Assembly: GCA_965242965.1 (NCBI GenBank)
Contig: OZ251518.1
Location: forward strand, 4,384,001 to 4,448,000
Length of the DNA stretch: 64,000 nt
Source of the DNA: Candidatus Poribacteria bacterium
GTDB taxonomy: Bacteria > Poribacteria > WGA-4E > WGA-3G
Reading direction: 5' to 3'
The translations under genes were made by a program, and so were the position numbers. The notes below the pieces were generated by a model. The model did no database searches, was not told the DNA's origin, and worked only from the letters and a program-made list of their open reading frames with translations. This document shows, in pieces, positions 29,180 to 40,254 of the stretch; the stretch's first letter is position 1, and the number at the start of each line of letters is the position of its first letter.

Positions 29180-30475
29180 TTGCTCGATCTCAAATTTATT
29201 CGTGAACATAGCGATGCAGTTCGTCAAATGCTCCAACATCGCCGCAGCGACGCGGTTGCAGACTTAGACAGGCTGCTTGAATTGGATAAGCAGTGGCGCG
29301 AGAATTTGACGCACACGCAATCCTTGAAAGCGCACCAAAACAGAGTATCGCAACAAATCGCAGAACGCAAAAGGGCGAAACAGGATGCCACCGAGACTAT
29401 CGCCGAGATGCGCAAACTCTCGCAGGAGATAAAAGAACTCACCGCTGCGGCAAACGATACGAAAGCGACAATCGATGCCATCCTCTTGACACTTCCGAAC
29501 ATGCCGGAGGCAAGCACGCCTCTCGGCATCACTGAAGAGGATAACCTTGAAATCAAGACGTGGGGTGAACTCCCCAGTTTCGATTTTGAACCTAAGTTGC
29601 ACTGGGAACTCGCTGAGCAACTCGGGCTCGTCGATTTCCAGCGCGGCACGAAAGTGGCAGGGAGCAACTTCGTCCTTTTCACAGGGATTGGTGCGCGGTT
29701 AGAACGGGCACTCATCCAATTCATGTTGGACTTGCACACCACGCAGCACGGTTACACCGAAGTTTCGCCGCCGTTCCTCGCGAATCGTCCGACGATGACA
29801 GGGACAGGGCAACTCCCGAAATTTGAAGCGGATATGTATCGGTGCGACAGGGACGAGGATAATCCTGACAGCGATCTGTTTCTCATTCCGACAGCCGAAG
29901 TGCCCGTGACGAATCTCTTCGCGGGCGAGATTCTCAGTGCCAAAGATTTGCCTATCTACTACACTGCCTATACGCCTTGTTTCCGGCGAGAGGCGGGTGC
30001 CTATGGGAGAGAGACGCGCGGCTTGCAACGCATCCATCAGTTTGACAAAGTGGAGATGGTGAAGTTCACCACGCCGGAATCTTCCTACGCCGAGCACGAA
30101 TCGCTGTTGGCCAATGCGGAGAGCGTGTTGCAAGCACTCGGTTTGCCTTATCGTGTCGTGCAGCATTGCATGGGAGAACTCTCCTTTGCCGCCGCGAAAT
30201 GCTACGACATTGAGGTGTGGGCACCGGCGGCACAGCGGTTTTTAGAGGTGTCGTCTTGCAGTAATTTTGAGGCGTTCCAAGCGCGCCGTGCGAATATCCG
30301 CTTCCGTCGGGAGGCGGGTGCGAAACCGGAGTTCGTGCATACGTTGAATGCCTCGGGGACAGCGTTGCCGCGCGTCGTGATTGCGATTCTGGAAACGTAT
30401 CAGAATTCGGATGGGACGTTGCGAGTGCCGGCGGTGTTGCAGCCGTATATGGGTGGTTTGTCGCAAATTGGGTGA
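29180..30475 (+). CDS. serS: Serine--tRNA ligase
   Basis: MLDLKFIR start (TTG after GAGGAG), TGQLPKF, LIPTAEVP, FRREAG, EVSSCSN, HTLNASG. Confidence 0.97.
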   Translation: MLDLKFIREHSDAVRQMLQHRRSDAVADLDRLLELDKQWRENLTHTQSLKAHQNRVSQQIAERKRAKQDATETIAEMRKLSQEIKELTAAANDTKATIDAILLTLPNMPEASTPLGITEEDNLEIKTWGELPSFDFEPKLHWELAEQLGLVDFQRGTKVAGSNFVLFTGIGARLERALIQFMLDLHTTQHGYTEVSPPFLANRPTMTGTGQLPKFEADMYRCDRDEDNPDSDLFLIPTAEVPVTNLFAGEILSAKDLPIYYTAYTPCFRREAGAYGRETRGLQRIHQFDKVEMVKFTTPESSYAEHESLLANAESVLQALGLPYRVVQHCMGELSFAAAKCYDIEVWAPAAQRFLEVSSCSNFEAFQARRANIRFRREAGAKPEFVHTLNASGTALPRVVIAILETYQNSDGTLRVPAVLQPYMGGLSQIG

Positions 30476-31461
30476 TTCAAATGCAGAGAAGCACCGACGA
30501 AAAAATTAATACCGTCATAGCCCAAAACACTTTTTGGTTCTCTAATAAGGCGTTTGAGGAAGGATATGAAGCCTATCTCACCACTTTAAAAGAGACTTTG
30601 CTTGTCCTGAGAAATCAGGTGCAAACCGAAGGACTCACCAAAAAATTGATTGAAGAGTTGATTGCTGAAAAAGAGAATGGATTAAAGGTTCTGTTAGCCT
30701 TGACAGGGCTTTCCAACGAATTTTTGAAGCGGTTGATTACGTTCATTCGGGTGGTTGACGATAAGGAACTTTCAAAACTCTCTTGTCGGGCTCAGTGGCT
30801 TAAGGAGGCAGAGTTAAACGGTTCCGACATCAAGGAATGGTCTGATTCAAAAATCGCTGCCAAAATCCGCGCGTCGGATGCTTTTAGGAAGGGCATCGTT
30901 AACCTTTTTTATGAAGGTTCAACTGTCCCGGTGCTTTGCAAGACGCTCCCGCTTTTTGAACTGAAGAAGTTGAGCCTTTCTAAACTCAGCTTTGAAGCTG
31001 AAGCGATGATCGACACCTTGATTCGCTACAAGGAGAAGGGCTCTTATTCGGGTAAGCGGGAAAATAACCCCGAAACCGTTATCGCAAGTCTTTTGACTGA
31101 GATGGGAACCGATTTTGTGAACGGGGACTTGGACAAGTTGAAAGAGCATGCCGCAGCCCAAAAGCGCAGAATGGATTTTATCATCCCGAACCAAGAGGAT
31201 CCGCAAGTTATCATTGAGTCCTCGTATTTGACAACGACCTCTTCCGGGCAAGGCGATAAGTCAAAAACTGAGCGCACGATGAAGGACCTCATTAAGGCGC
31301 ATTATCCGGAAGCGCGTTTTTGGGGATTCGTTGACGGGATCGGTTGGTATGTCCGGAGAACCGATTTACGAAGGATGGTTGACGCGTATGAAGAGGTATT
31401 CACTTTCAGTGAAGCAGAACTTCGGCGTTTCTGCAAATCCTTAACCGCCATTTTGGAGTAA
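30472..31461 (+). CDS. Putative type II restriction endonuclease (DpnII-like PD-(D/E)xK fold)
   Basis: MDFIIP..IIESSY..SSGQGDK and FVDGIGW motifs; directly upstream of a DNA MTase. Start is GTG 30472 or ATG 30481. Confidence 0.7.
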   Translation: MIQMQRSTDEKINTVIAQNTFWFSNKAFEEGYEAYLTTLKETLLVLRNQVQTEGLTKKLIEELIAEKENGLKVLLALTGLSNEFLKRLITFIRVVDDKELSKLSCRAQWLKEAELNGSDIKEWSDSKIAAKIRASDAFRKGIVNLFYEGSTVPVLCKTLPLFELKKLSLSKLSFEAEAMIDTLIRYKEKGSYSGKRENNPETVIASLLTEMGTDFVNGDLDKLKEHAAAQKRRMDFIIPNQEDPQVIIESSYLTTTSSGQGDKSKTERTMKDLIKAHYPEARFWGFVDGIGWYVRRTDLRRMVDAYEEVFTFSEAELRRFCKSLTAILE

Positions 31462-31624
31462 TACCCAATTAACTTGAGACATTTGCGCTCGTCTGAAGTT
31501 ATGGAAACCGTTAGTTTTCTAAACGAGCTCAAACAGTTCAAGATCGAGCGATCTTGAAATACGGAGACGAGACAAATCAACGTAATTCGGTACTACACCG
31601 ATTGTCCGACATCGGAAGTAGACT

Positions 31625-32614
31625 ATGGAACATTTGATTAATCAAATCATTCACGGCGATTGCTTAGAGGTGATGCGGCAGATCCCTTCGGATAGCATTG
31701 ACGTTACCTTCGCCGATCCGCCGTTCAACCTAAAAAAGAAATATAACACCTACGATGACCATCGGGATGAGGACGCTTATCTCGATTGGTGCCGGGAGTG
31801 GTTGTTTGAGATGGTGCGGATTACAAAGCCGAGCGGCTCCATCTTTGTCCATAATATCCCGAAATGGCTCACCCATTACGCGGGGTTCCTGAACGAATTC
31901 GCGACGTTTCGCCATTGGATTGCATGGGACGCGCCGACGGCACCGATGGGCAAGACTTTGCAACCGGCACATTACGGTATCCTGTTTTACGCGAAAAATC
32001 GGAAGGAAAATAAGTTTTACGAAATCCGTTACCCGCACAAGCGGTGCCGGAAATGCGGCTATTTGCTGAAGGACTACGGCGGAAAGAAAAAGATTTTGCA
32101 CCCGTTCGGTCCGCTTGTTTCCGACACCTGGTCGGATATTCATCGCATCCGCCACAATAAGCATCGCGACGCACATCCGTGTCAACTTCCCATCCATCTC
32201 TTGGAACGTCTCCTTTTGATGAGCACCGATGAGGGAGATGTAATCCTAGATCCGTTCATGGGCACTGGCACGACAGCAGTCGCAGCGGCGCGATTAGGCC
32301 GCAACGTTATCGGTATTGATGTGGACAGTGACTATGTGAACATCACCCGTAGAAAGTTCGCGGAGGAATCGCCGCACCCGAAAATCGGCGATGTCTGGGT
32401 AAGTTTCTATCGCGGTGAGATAGTCACCATTGCTAATAAAGACTGGGAACTGCTGAAACCGTATTTCATCATCCCGGCGGACGCGAAGCATATTGATTTT
32501 GAAAAGATTCGAGGCGGCCGCACCGTAGCAACGCCGAAAAGGAAAACGTCGCAACTTCACTTGGAGATTCAGGAGGAGTCCTGCGAGTGCTATGAGGATA
32601 CCGACGCGCCGTAA
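31625..32614 (+). CDS. Beta-class N4/N6 DNA methyltransferase
   Basis: GDCLEVM, DPPF (motif IV) ahead of HPCQLP and LDPFMGTGTT (motif I). Confidence 0.92.
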   Translation: MEHLINQIIHGDCLEVMRQIPSDSIDVTFADPPFNLKKKYNTYDDHRDEDAYLDWCREWLFEMVRITKPSGSIFVHNIPKWLTHYAGFLNEFATFRHWIAWDAPTAPMGKTLQPAHYGILFYAKNRKENKFYEIRYPHKRCRKCGYLLKDYGGKKKILHPFGPLVSDTWSDIHRIRHNKHRDAHPCQLPIHLLERLLLMSTDEGDVILDPFMGTGTTAVAAARLGRNVIGIDVDSDYVNITRRKFAEESPHPKIGDVWVSFYRGEIVTIANKDWELLKPYFIIPADAKHIDFEKIRGGRTVATPKRKTSQLHLEIQEESCECYEDTDAP

Positions 32615-32962
32615 GCGCGAACGGGAGCGAATAGGCCCCGTGCAAGACGCACAGGGTGAGAATCCTATCCAACAGATTAACCACATTCTATGATATTCCT
32701 GTTTTTTTTTCAACTAAAAAGCATTTCTGCCTAAAGGCGGCCCAGGTCCTAAAGACTTGGGTTTTTCTACTTTTAAGGTAAGAACGACATTTCCCCCGGT
32801 AGGAGAGACCTCCCGGTCTCGATGCGATTTCCTCCCGCGTCTTGATGCAATTTCCTCCCGCTTCTCAATACAATCTTCTACAATACATTGACTTGACTTT
32901 TCATCGGAAATCGTGTAAACTAAATGACATGAATAGCAAAACACGAAGGGAGGCAAAACAGA

Positions 32963-34408
32963 ATGTCTCAAAAACCGAACATCCTCTTTTTAATGAGTGA
33001 CGAACACAGCCCACACGCCATCGGATGTGAAGGCAACGAGATCGTGCAAACGCCGAATCTGGACAGACTCGCTGAATCGGGCAGTTACTTTGAGAGCGCC
33101 TATTGCCAAGTGCCGCTCTGCACACCGTCACGGATGTGCATGTTGACAGGAAAGCACGCGCACCGATGCTCAGCGTGGAATAACGGTTCCATCCTCTTCC
33201 CCGAACATCTCACGATGCCGGCGCACTTCGCGCAGCACGGCTACAGCACCGCGCTCATCGGCAAGATGCACTTCGGCGGCAAGGAGCAACTCAACGGCTT
33301 TCAGGCGCGCCCATACGGCGATTTGCGGGGCTACGCCGGACACCAGACAGATCCGCTCATCACGCGCGGCAAACGCCAACGGACAAGACTCGCAGGTATC
33401 ACCGAAATCCCGGCGAGTCTGCTGCAAGAACGTGTCATCAATACCGAGACGGTGGAATACCTCCGGGCACACCCTCGCGAAAAACCGTGGTTCCTGCTCG
33501 CGAGTTATAGCCGCCCGCATTTCCCGCTCACGGTGCCGAAACGCCTCTTTGATAAATATTGGCCCGATAACGTCGATATGCCGCACATCCCCGATGGACA
33601 CTTGGAACAGACGCACCCGTTCGCGAAGGGGCTCCGGGAGAACTTCAGAACGATGGATATTCCGGCGGAAGAGGCGCGGAAGGCACGCGCCGCTTACTAC
33701 GCCTGCTGCGAATTCCTTGACGAATGCATCGGCGATCTCCTCGCACTTTTGGAACGTGATGGATTGTTAGAAAATACCATCATCGTCTATACCACCGACC
33801 ACGGTGAGATGGCGGGTGATCATGGACAATGGTGGAAATCGAGTTACTATGAAGCGGCGGCGCGCGTCCCACTCATCATTAAAAACGGCGAGCAATCCGG
33901 ACGCATCAACGCACCAGTCGAACTCAACGATCTGTTTCCGACGCTCTGTGCCAGCGCGGGCATTCCTATCCCCGATGACTTAGACGGTTCAGATCTGGCG
34001 AATCTCATGGCAGGCAACACCGACGGTTGGCGCAACACAGCCATTACCGAATACTGGGCGCATCAGACAACCGGTCCGATGCGCATGCTGCGCACCTCGC
34101 ACTATAAATACGTCGATTTTCCCGCGCATGAGCCTATCCTGTTCGATTTAGCCGCCGACCCGGGCGAATTTGAGAACCTCGCCGGCAAGGCGGCGTATCG
34201 GCAGGTGGAAGCAGAATTGCACGAAAAACTGATGGCAGGATTTCGTTGGGAGGATGTTGCACAGCAGCAAGCGGCAGATAAGCAGCGAAGCCGAGAGTTC
34301 GCTGAGCCGTGGGGACGCGGCACCCCGAATCAGTATACCTTACCCGACGGCCGCGTCGTGGATGCGGAGACTTGTCTTTATAGTCCATCGGTTAGGGAAG
34401 GTGCTTAA
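32963..34408 (+). CDS. Sulfatase (formylglycine type, choline-sulfatase-like)
   Basis: PNILFLMSDEH, CTPSR (CxPxR), GKMH, TTDHGEM. Confidence 0.92.
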   Translation: MSQKPNILFLMSDEHSPHAIGCEGNEIVQTPNLDRLAESGSYFESAYCQVPLCTPSRMCMLTGKHAHRCSAWNNGSILFPEHLTMPAHFAQHGYSTALIGKMHFGGKEQLNGFQARPYGDLRGYAGHQTDPLITRGKRQRTRLAGITEIPASLLQERVINTETVEYLRAHPREKPWFLLASYSRPHFPLTVPKRLFDKYWPDNVDMPHIPDGHLEQTHPFAKGLRENFRTMDIPAEEARKARAAYYACCEFLDECIGDLLALLERDGLLENTIIVYTTDHGEMAGDHGQWWKSSYYEAAARVPLIIKNGEQSGRINAPVELNDLFPTLCASAGIPIPDDLDGSDLANLMAGNTDGWRNTAITEYWAHQTTGPMRMLRTSHYKYVDFPAHEPILFDLAADPGEFENLAGKAAYRQVEAELHEKLMAGFRWEDVAQQQAADKQRSREFAEPWGRGTPNQYTLPDGRVVDAETCLYSPSVREGA

Positions 34409-34453
34409 TAAGCCAAGGTCTGTCCCGCGCCACACCGCGAACTATCAATTACC

Positions 34454-34719
34454 GAGGGTGTTTCATAACTCTGTTTTGATATTTATCCCGCATTGGAGGG
34501 CGCGCGAATACCGGCTGGCATTGGGCCCACCTCTGTAGTTCGGGAGCACCCGCTCCCGAACGGGTCAGGATCAGGCGATCCTGACCTACAGAGGTGAAGA
34601 GGTCTGCCAGCCAAACGCATGGCGAGGGACAGGCCCTCGCCCTACGTGAAAGGGAGGCGTTTTTTCACCGTAGCGAGGGGCCTGTCACCGCGACGTTGAG
34701 CAATTTATGAAACACCCTC
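34454..34719. mobile_element. MITE-like element (266 bp), inverted relative to 28790-29054
   Basis: Same perfect 15-bp TIRs; interior is a diverged reverse complement of the 28790 copy; flanks AATTACC and AATTCACC. Confidence 0.82.
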
Positions 34720-34792
34720 AATTCACCGTAGCGCGAACTATCAATTTACCTTCACCGTAGGGCGCGGGCCTGTCCCGCGCCATGCCGCACAC

Positions 34793-36739
34793 ATGAAATC
34801 AAACAACACACCAAATACAAAAATCCGATTTCCTGCCATCATTGTAGGCCTGCTTTTAGTGGGTGCGATGTGCGCTATCACCCCCTATAACAACTATTTC
34901 CTACAAAATTCCAAGATTGCAGGCAACCATCTCCCTGTCGGTTCGATTTTCGGGATTCTCCTGCTAGTGTTCCTCGTCAATATCCCGTTGCGGAAGTTGA
35001 TGAAGCGCGGCCGCTTCGCCTTCTCCGCGCCAGAATTGACAGTCGTCTGGATGATGCTCATCGTTGCGGTGGGCATCCCGTCAATGGGGCTGTTGCAATT
35101 TCTGCTTCCCTCCCTTGTGGCACTGCGTTACTTCGCGACTACCGAGAACGATTGGGCGGAAACCCTCCATCCGCATGTCCCCGAGTGGATGATAGTGACA
35201 GATGCGCGCGCCGTAACCGACTTCTATGAAGGCATCTCACCGGGCGAAAGCGTGCCGTGGCTGTTGTGGATTAAGCCGCTGCTGATATGGGGGCTCTTCG
35301 TCTTCGTCTTCTATCTCACGACGCTCTGCCTCTCTACGATTCTGCGGAAGCAGTGGGTAGAGCGCGAACGGTTCTCGTTTCCCCTGATTCAGATTCCTAT
35401 CCAATTGGCGGCGGAACCGGCGCGCGGCACGCTGCTCAACGCCTTTTTCAAAAACAGACTGCTTTGGGCAGGGATGGTGCTGCCGGTAATTTTGCATCTC
35501 ATTAACGGGTTGCATGCGCACTTTCCGACGGTGCCAGAAATCCCGCTGATTTACAACATCCACCGTGCCTTTACCGAAAAGCCGTGGCATACCCTCGGCT
35601 GGTGGCCCGCGATGCGCCTCGTCATCTATTTTTCTGTTATCGGCATCGCCTCACTGCTGACACTTGAAGTGTCGTTCAGTCTCTGGTTTTTCTACCTCTT
35701 TTTCAAGCTCCAATACATTATCATGAATGCGAGCGGGTTGAGCATTAGCCCGTGGATTAGTTGCAGTCGTCAGGTGATGGGCGGCTATCTCGTCTTCGTG
35801 CCTGCCGTGTTTTGGATAGGGCGCGAACACATCGCCGATATTTTTCGGAAGACGTTCTCCCATTCCGCTGTCAACGATGCCAATGAACCGCTCCCGTATC
35901 GCACGGCACTGCTCGGTTTCCTGCTCGGATTCGCCATCCTCACCGTCTTTCTAGTCGTCGCAGGCATGACAACGTGGGTGGCGGTAGTGACGCTCCTCTC
36001 TATTTTTATCACCTCCATCGTCTTAACGTGGATGGTGGTGAACGGGGGGTTGTTGCTGGTGCAGGCACCTTTTTTTCCATCAGAATACATTGACATTACG
36101 CTCGGTTCTGGCGCGTTAGGACAGAAAAGCACCGCCATTCTCAGCTTCCAGCGCACCTTCCTGCGGGATTGGGGAGAATTCATGATGCCGAATTTCCTGC
36201 ACAGTTTCAAAGCCGCCGATGAAGTGCGGCTTGCGCGCAGAAAAGTGGTGCCGATAATGGGTATCGCCATCGCGGTCGCGGTGCTCGTTTCAGTTTACTT
36301 CTCGCTGACGCTTATCTACGACAAAGGCGCGCTGTTTCTGCAAAGTTGGAGTTTCGTCGTCGCGCCACGTAACTATTTCCAACGCATGAGCAGCCTCATC
36401 CAATTCCCCGTTGAGACGAAGTGGGACGAGATTTACAGCATGATTGCGGGTGCCGGTTTCACTGGCTTCATGCTCTGGATGCGCCAAAATTTTGTGTGGT
36501 GGTCCCTCCATCCTATCGGCTATTTGCTCGGTGCGACGTATCCGCCGTTCCATCTCTGGTCTTCGATTTTAATCGGGTGGTTCATTAAATACAGCGCGCT
36601 GAAGTTCGGTGGTGCTTCGACATATCGGAAGTTGCGTCCGGTAGCGTTCGGCTTAATCTTCGGTGAATACGTGATGGTTGGCGTGTGGATGATAGTGGGC
36701 TTTTTTACCGGGATAGGTTATTTTGCGCTGCCATCGTGA
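34793..36739 (+). CDS. Polytopic membrane protein (DUF6785/DUF6784-like, possible transporter)
   Basis: Many hydrophobic helices; RKQWVERERFSFPL and WWSLHPIGY motifs. Family name is from recollection. Confidence 0.7.
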   Translation: MKSNNTPNTKIRFPAIIVGLLLVGAMCAITPYNNYFLQNSKIAGNHLPVGSIFGILLLVFLVNIPLRKLMKRGRFAFSAPELTVVWMMLIVAVGIPSMGLLQFLLPSLVALRYFATTENDWAETLHPHVPEWMIVTDARAVTDFYEGISPGESVPWLLWIKPLLIWGLFVFVFYLTTLCLSTILRKQWVERERFSFPLIQIPIQLAAEPARGTLLNAFFKNRLLWAGMVLPVILHLINGLHAHFPTVPEIPLIYNIHRAFTEKPWHTLGWWPAMRLVIYFSVIGIASLLTLEVSFSLWFFYLFFKLQYIIMNASGLSISPWISCSRQVMGGYLVFVPAVFWIGREHIADIFRKTFSHSAVNDANEPLPYRTALLGFLLGFAILTVFLVVAGMTTWVAVVTLLSIFITSIVLTWMVVNGGLLLVQAPFFPSEYIDITLGSGALGQKSTAILSFQRTFLRDWGEFMMPNFLHSFKAADEVRLARRKVVPIMGIAIAVAVLVSVYFSLTLIYDKGALFLQSWSFVVAPRNYFQRMSSLIQFPVETKWDEIYSMIAGAGFTGFMLWMRQNFVWWSLHPIGYLLGATYPPFHLWSSILIGWFIKYSALKFGGASTYRKLRPVAFGLIFGEYVMVGVWMIVGFFTGIGYFALPS

Positions 36740-36760
36740 TGAGGAGAATTAGCAAGAAAT

Positions 36761-37352
36761 GAGCAGGATTTACACGATTGGAGCAGGATTATCACGATTA
36801 TCATGATTTACCAGGATTAGGCGCAGAAAACTGTAGTTCGGGCTCGCCTGATTCCGAACGGCGCATGGCGAGGAGAACCCCTTCCGGGCCCGTAGCGCGG
36901 GGGCCTGTCCCCCGTGATCGCTCGACCCGCGCGAAAAACGCACGCCAACCAACGCCGTTTCCCCGATCGAGGCATGGCGAGGGACAGGCCCTCGCCCTAC
37001 GGTGAAAGGCACCGTTCTTAGTCCCGTAGCGCGGGGGCCTGTCCCCCGCGATCGCACGACCCGCGCGAAAAACGAACGCAGACCAACGCCGTTTCCCCGA
37101 TCGAGGCATGGCGAGGGACAGGCCCTCGCCCTACGGTGAAAGGCACCGTTCTTAGGCCCGTAGCGCGGGGGCCCTCGCCTGCCATACGCGCAGGCGAGCG
37201 GGTTTCCCCCGCGATCGCACGACCCGCGCGAAAACCGCACGCCGGCCAAGGCCGCTTCCCGTTCCGATCGATGCATGGCGAGGGACAGGCCCTCTCCCTA
37301 CGGTAATCGGCACGTTTTTTTCACCGTAGCGCGGGGGCCTGTCCCCCGCGAT
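36761..37352. repeat. GATT short-unit run followed by three tandem REP doublets
   Basis: CA(G/C/T)GATT units at 36763-36820, then three roughly 130-bp modules of convergent GTAG-CGCGGGGG and GTAG-GGCGAGGG hairpins. Confidence 0.88.
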
Positions 37353-37362
37353 CGCTCGTGAA

Positions 37363-38178
37363 TCACGCATCATCTCCCGTTTCGTCCAACTGATGCACAA
37401 CGGCAAGCGGTGTCGCGGCGAGCAAACCCGCATCAATCGGAATCACAACCCCCGAAATCCATTTAGATTCATCGCTGGCGAGAAAAACCGTCGCCCATGC
37501 GACATCCCACGCTGTCCCCTCCGTGCCGAGCGGCCCGATGAGACGGCGACGTTCTCGTTCCGCTTCGCTTAGATACGGTGCCGGAAATGAGGCGTAGAGA
37601 TGCCCCGGCGCAATGCAATTAACGCGGATATTGTCCCTGCCGTGATGCACCGCCATCACCTTCGTCGTAGAAATCATGCCGCCCTTCGCCGCCGCGTAAG
37701 GCACGTTTCGGACAGACCCGGCACGCAACGCGTCAATTGAGGAAACGTTGATGATGGAGCCGCCGCCTGCCTCAGCCATCCGCGGCACGGCATGCTTGCA
37801 CGCCATAATCATGCTTTTCAGGTTCACATCCATGACGCGGTCCCACTTCGCTTCCTCCACCTGCGTCACCATGCCGGAACCGCCCAAACCGACGTTGTTA
37901 AACAAGACGTTCACTTTTCCAAACGTTGCGACAGCGGCATCCACCATCGCGGCGCAATCTGTTTCTTTGGACAAATCGCCGATGAACACCGATGCTTCAC
38001 CGTCTTCCGCCTCAATTGCCGCGAGGGTGGCATCGGCGTTTTCGGGAGAAATGTCCGCTAGTAGCACTTTCGCGCCTTCCCGCGCGAATAGCATGGATGT
38101 CGCGTAGCCGGTGCCGTCAACTTCTCCTTTCCGACCGGCACCCGTAACAATGGCAACTTTCCCGCTTAATCGATTCAT
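37363..38178 (-). CDS. Short-chain dehydrogenase/reductase
   Basis: VAIVTGAG, NNVG, INVSS, YAAAK, IRVNCIAPG; start at ATG 38178 after AAGGAG. Confidence 0.92.
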   Translation of the reverse strand: MNRLSGKVAIVTGAGRKGEVDGTGYATSMLFAREGAKVLLADISPENADATLAAIEAEDGEASVFIGDLSKETDCAAMVDAAVATFGKVNVLFNNVGLGGSGMVTQVEEAKWDRVMDVNLKSMIMACKHAVPRMAEAGGGSIINVSSIDALRAGSVRNVPYAAAKGGMISTTKVMAVHHGRDNIRVNCIAPGHLYASFPAPYLSEAERERRRLIGPLGTEGTAWDVAWATVFLASDESKWISGVVIPIDAGLLAATPLAVVHQLDETGDDA

Positions 38179-38358
38179 AGGTGACTCCTTTTGGCTTAGG
38201 TAAAGGCTATAGGCGGAAACCATAGAAATCCGTTCTGCAGGTATCGGGACAGGGAGAGGAGGCATCGAGACTGGGAGGGATGCATCGAGACCAGGAGGTC
38301 TCTCCTACCGGAACGCATCGAGACCAGGAGGTCTCTCCTACTGCCACTGGCAAATCGC

Positions 38359-39525
38359 CTAAATGCCGAGGTGTTCGTTAATCTCCTTTTGGTAGCCTTC
38401 CAATTCGCAGCTTTCGATTTCCGCGAGTGTCACCGGGCGGCCGAACCAGCCCGATTCATACACCGCCATGCAGATAGCCTGGGAACGCAAGCCTTCCAAC
38501 CCATCAACTTCCGGTTTACCGCCGTTCCGAATCGCATCGGCGAAGTATTTGAGTTCGATCGCCACTGTATCTTCAACGCCGCCGGGGAAGTAGTATTCCC
38601 GCTCATCGTTGGTGAGGCTGTCCATGAACTCCCGCTCCAGTTCGTTATTAGGGATAGGTTCGCCGCCGCGCGGTATCAACCCCTTCCTAAAATCAAGCGC
38701 GCCTTCACTGCCGTAAACGGTGTGTTGATTGAAATGGTGTCCGGGTGCGGAGCCAACCCAGGTCCACTGCGCCGTAACGCCTTGCTCAAACTTGATGGTG
38801 GCTATCATCGCATCCTCAACGTCAACGGCGTAGCCGCCCTCTCTTTCGGCGGGATTGTCATAGCGATAAGGTTCGTAAGCCTTGTTAATGGCGTAGACTT
38901 CCTCCGCTTCCATGCCGAGGATGAAGCGCATTAGATCCGTGAAATGCACGCCGCCGTCCAATGCCCAGCCGCCCCCTGCATCCATCTTGAAGTTGCGCCA
39001 GCCCCACTTCCCCAAGCCTTCGTTTACCTCAATCCAGAAGAACATGCGCGGTTCGCCAATGCGTCCCTCCGCGACTGCCCATCGGCGGGTGCGTTGGCTG
39101 CGTGCCAACCGATAGTTCTCGGCGACAGAGATGATTTTGTCATTCTTCTCCGCCGCTTCCATCATCAGTTTGCAGGCGCGCATCGTGATACCGAAAGGCT
39201 TCTCAATAATGACATGCTTCCCTGCATCCAATGCCGGCACGGCGAGGGTGTGGTGCGCGCTGTGCAACGCGCAGATGTCCACGCATGCCAACTCCGGATG
39301 TTTCGCCAGCATCTTATCAAGTTCGGTATACACCGCAGGTTTCGTGCCGCCTTGGAATTCGTGCGCTTGATTCGCGCGTTCCTCGGCGCGTTCCAGTTCG
39401 ATGTCGCACGCCGCGACGATGTCGTAATCGCGGATGCCTTTCTCCCACAAGTTGCGATAGCCGCCCATGTGCGCGCCGGACATTCCTCCGCAGCCGACTA
39501 ATCCCATTTTAATTCGTTCTGCCAT
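38359..39525 (-). CDS. Gfo/Idh/MocA family oxidoreductase
   Basis: GLVGCGGM, IEKP, LDGGVH; appears paralogous to 15250-16512 (shared ENYR and YQ.EI.E.LGI end). Confidence 0.9.
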   Translation of the reverse strand: MAERIKMGLVGCGGMSGAHMGGYRNLWEKGIRDYDIVAACDIELERAEERANQAHEFQGGTKPAVYTELDKMLAKHPELACVDICALHSAHHTLAVPALDAGKHVIIEKPFGITMRACKLMMEAAEKNDKIISVAENYRLARSQRTRRWAVAEGRIGEPRMFFWIEVNEGLGKWGWRNFKMDAGGGWALDGGVHFTDLMRFILGMEAEEVYAINKAYEPYRYDNPAEREGGYAVDVEDAMIATIKFEQGVTAQWTWVGSAPGHHFNQHTVYGSEGALDFRKGLIPRGGEPIPNNELEREFMDSLTNDEREYYFPGGVEDTVAIELKYFADAIRNGGKPEVDGLEGLRSQAICMAVYESGWFGRPVTLAEIESCELEGYQKEINEHLGI

Positions 39526-39655
39526 GTCAGTCTCCCTCGTTTGTGAAATGTATTTTGCGTATTGTATGCGATTTGCGATGAGATGTCAAGTTTTTTCTGC
39601 GTTGCCGAGGGTGAATGTAGGGAGGGAAATAAGAATGGTACCGTGCCAAGCAGGA

Positions 39656-40236
39656 GCAGGATTTGCAAGATTATCACGATTAGCAAGAAAGGAGCAGAAG
39701 ACTATAGCTCGGGATCGCCTGATCCCGAACGTGGCATGGCGAGGCGAACCCCTTCCGGGCCCGTAGCGCGGGGGCCTGTCCCCCGCGATCGTTCGATCTG
39801 CGCGAAAAACGCACGCCGACCCAGGCCGTTTTCCCGACCGAGGCACGGCGAGGGACAGGCCCTCGCCCTACGGTAAACGGCACGCTTTTTTTTTACCGTA
39901 GCGCGGGGGCCCTCGCCTGCCACACGCGCAGGCGAGCGGGTTTCCCCCGCGATCACACCCGCGAAAAACATCTCTTCAGTCCTAAAGGACCTAGTGAGAG
40001 AACTGTAGGACAAGAGCACCTGCTCTGGATCCGTTCGGGAGCGGGCGCTCCCGAACTACAGATGTCGGCAGGTCGAGAGATCGCGGGGGACAGGCCCCCG
40101 CGCTACGGGACCACAAACGGTGCCTTTCACCGTAGGGCGGGGGCCTGTCCCTCGCCATGCAACGATCGCGGGGGACAGGCCCCCGCGCTACGGGACCAGG
40201 ACGAAAAAAACGCGGGGGACAAGCCCCCGCGTTACG
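39656..40236. repeat. REP-like cluster
   Basis: Same module order as 36761-37352 plus further GTAG hairpins. Confidence 0.87.
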
Positions 40237-40254
40237 AACGAATAACAGCACGAA

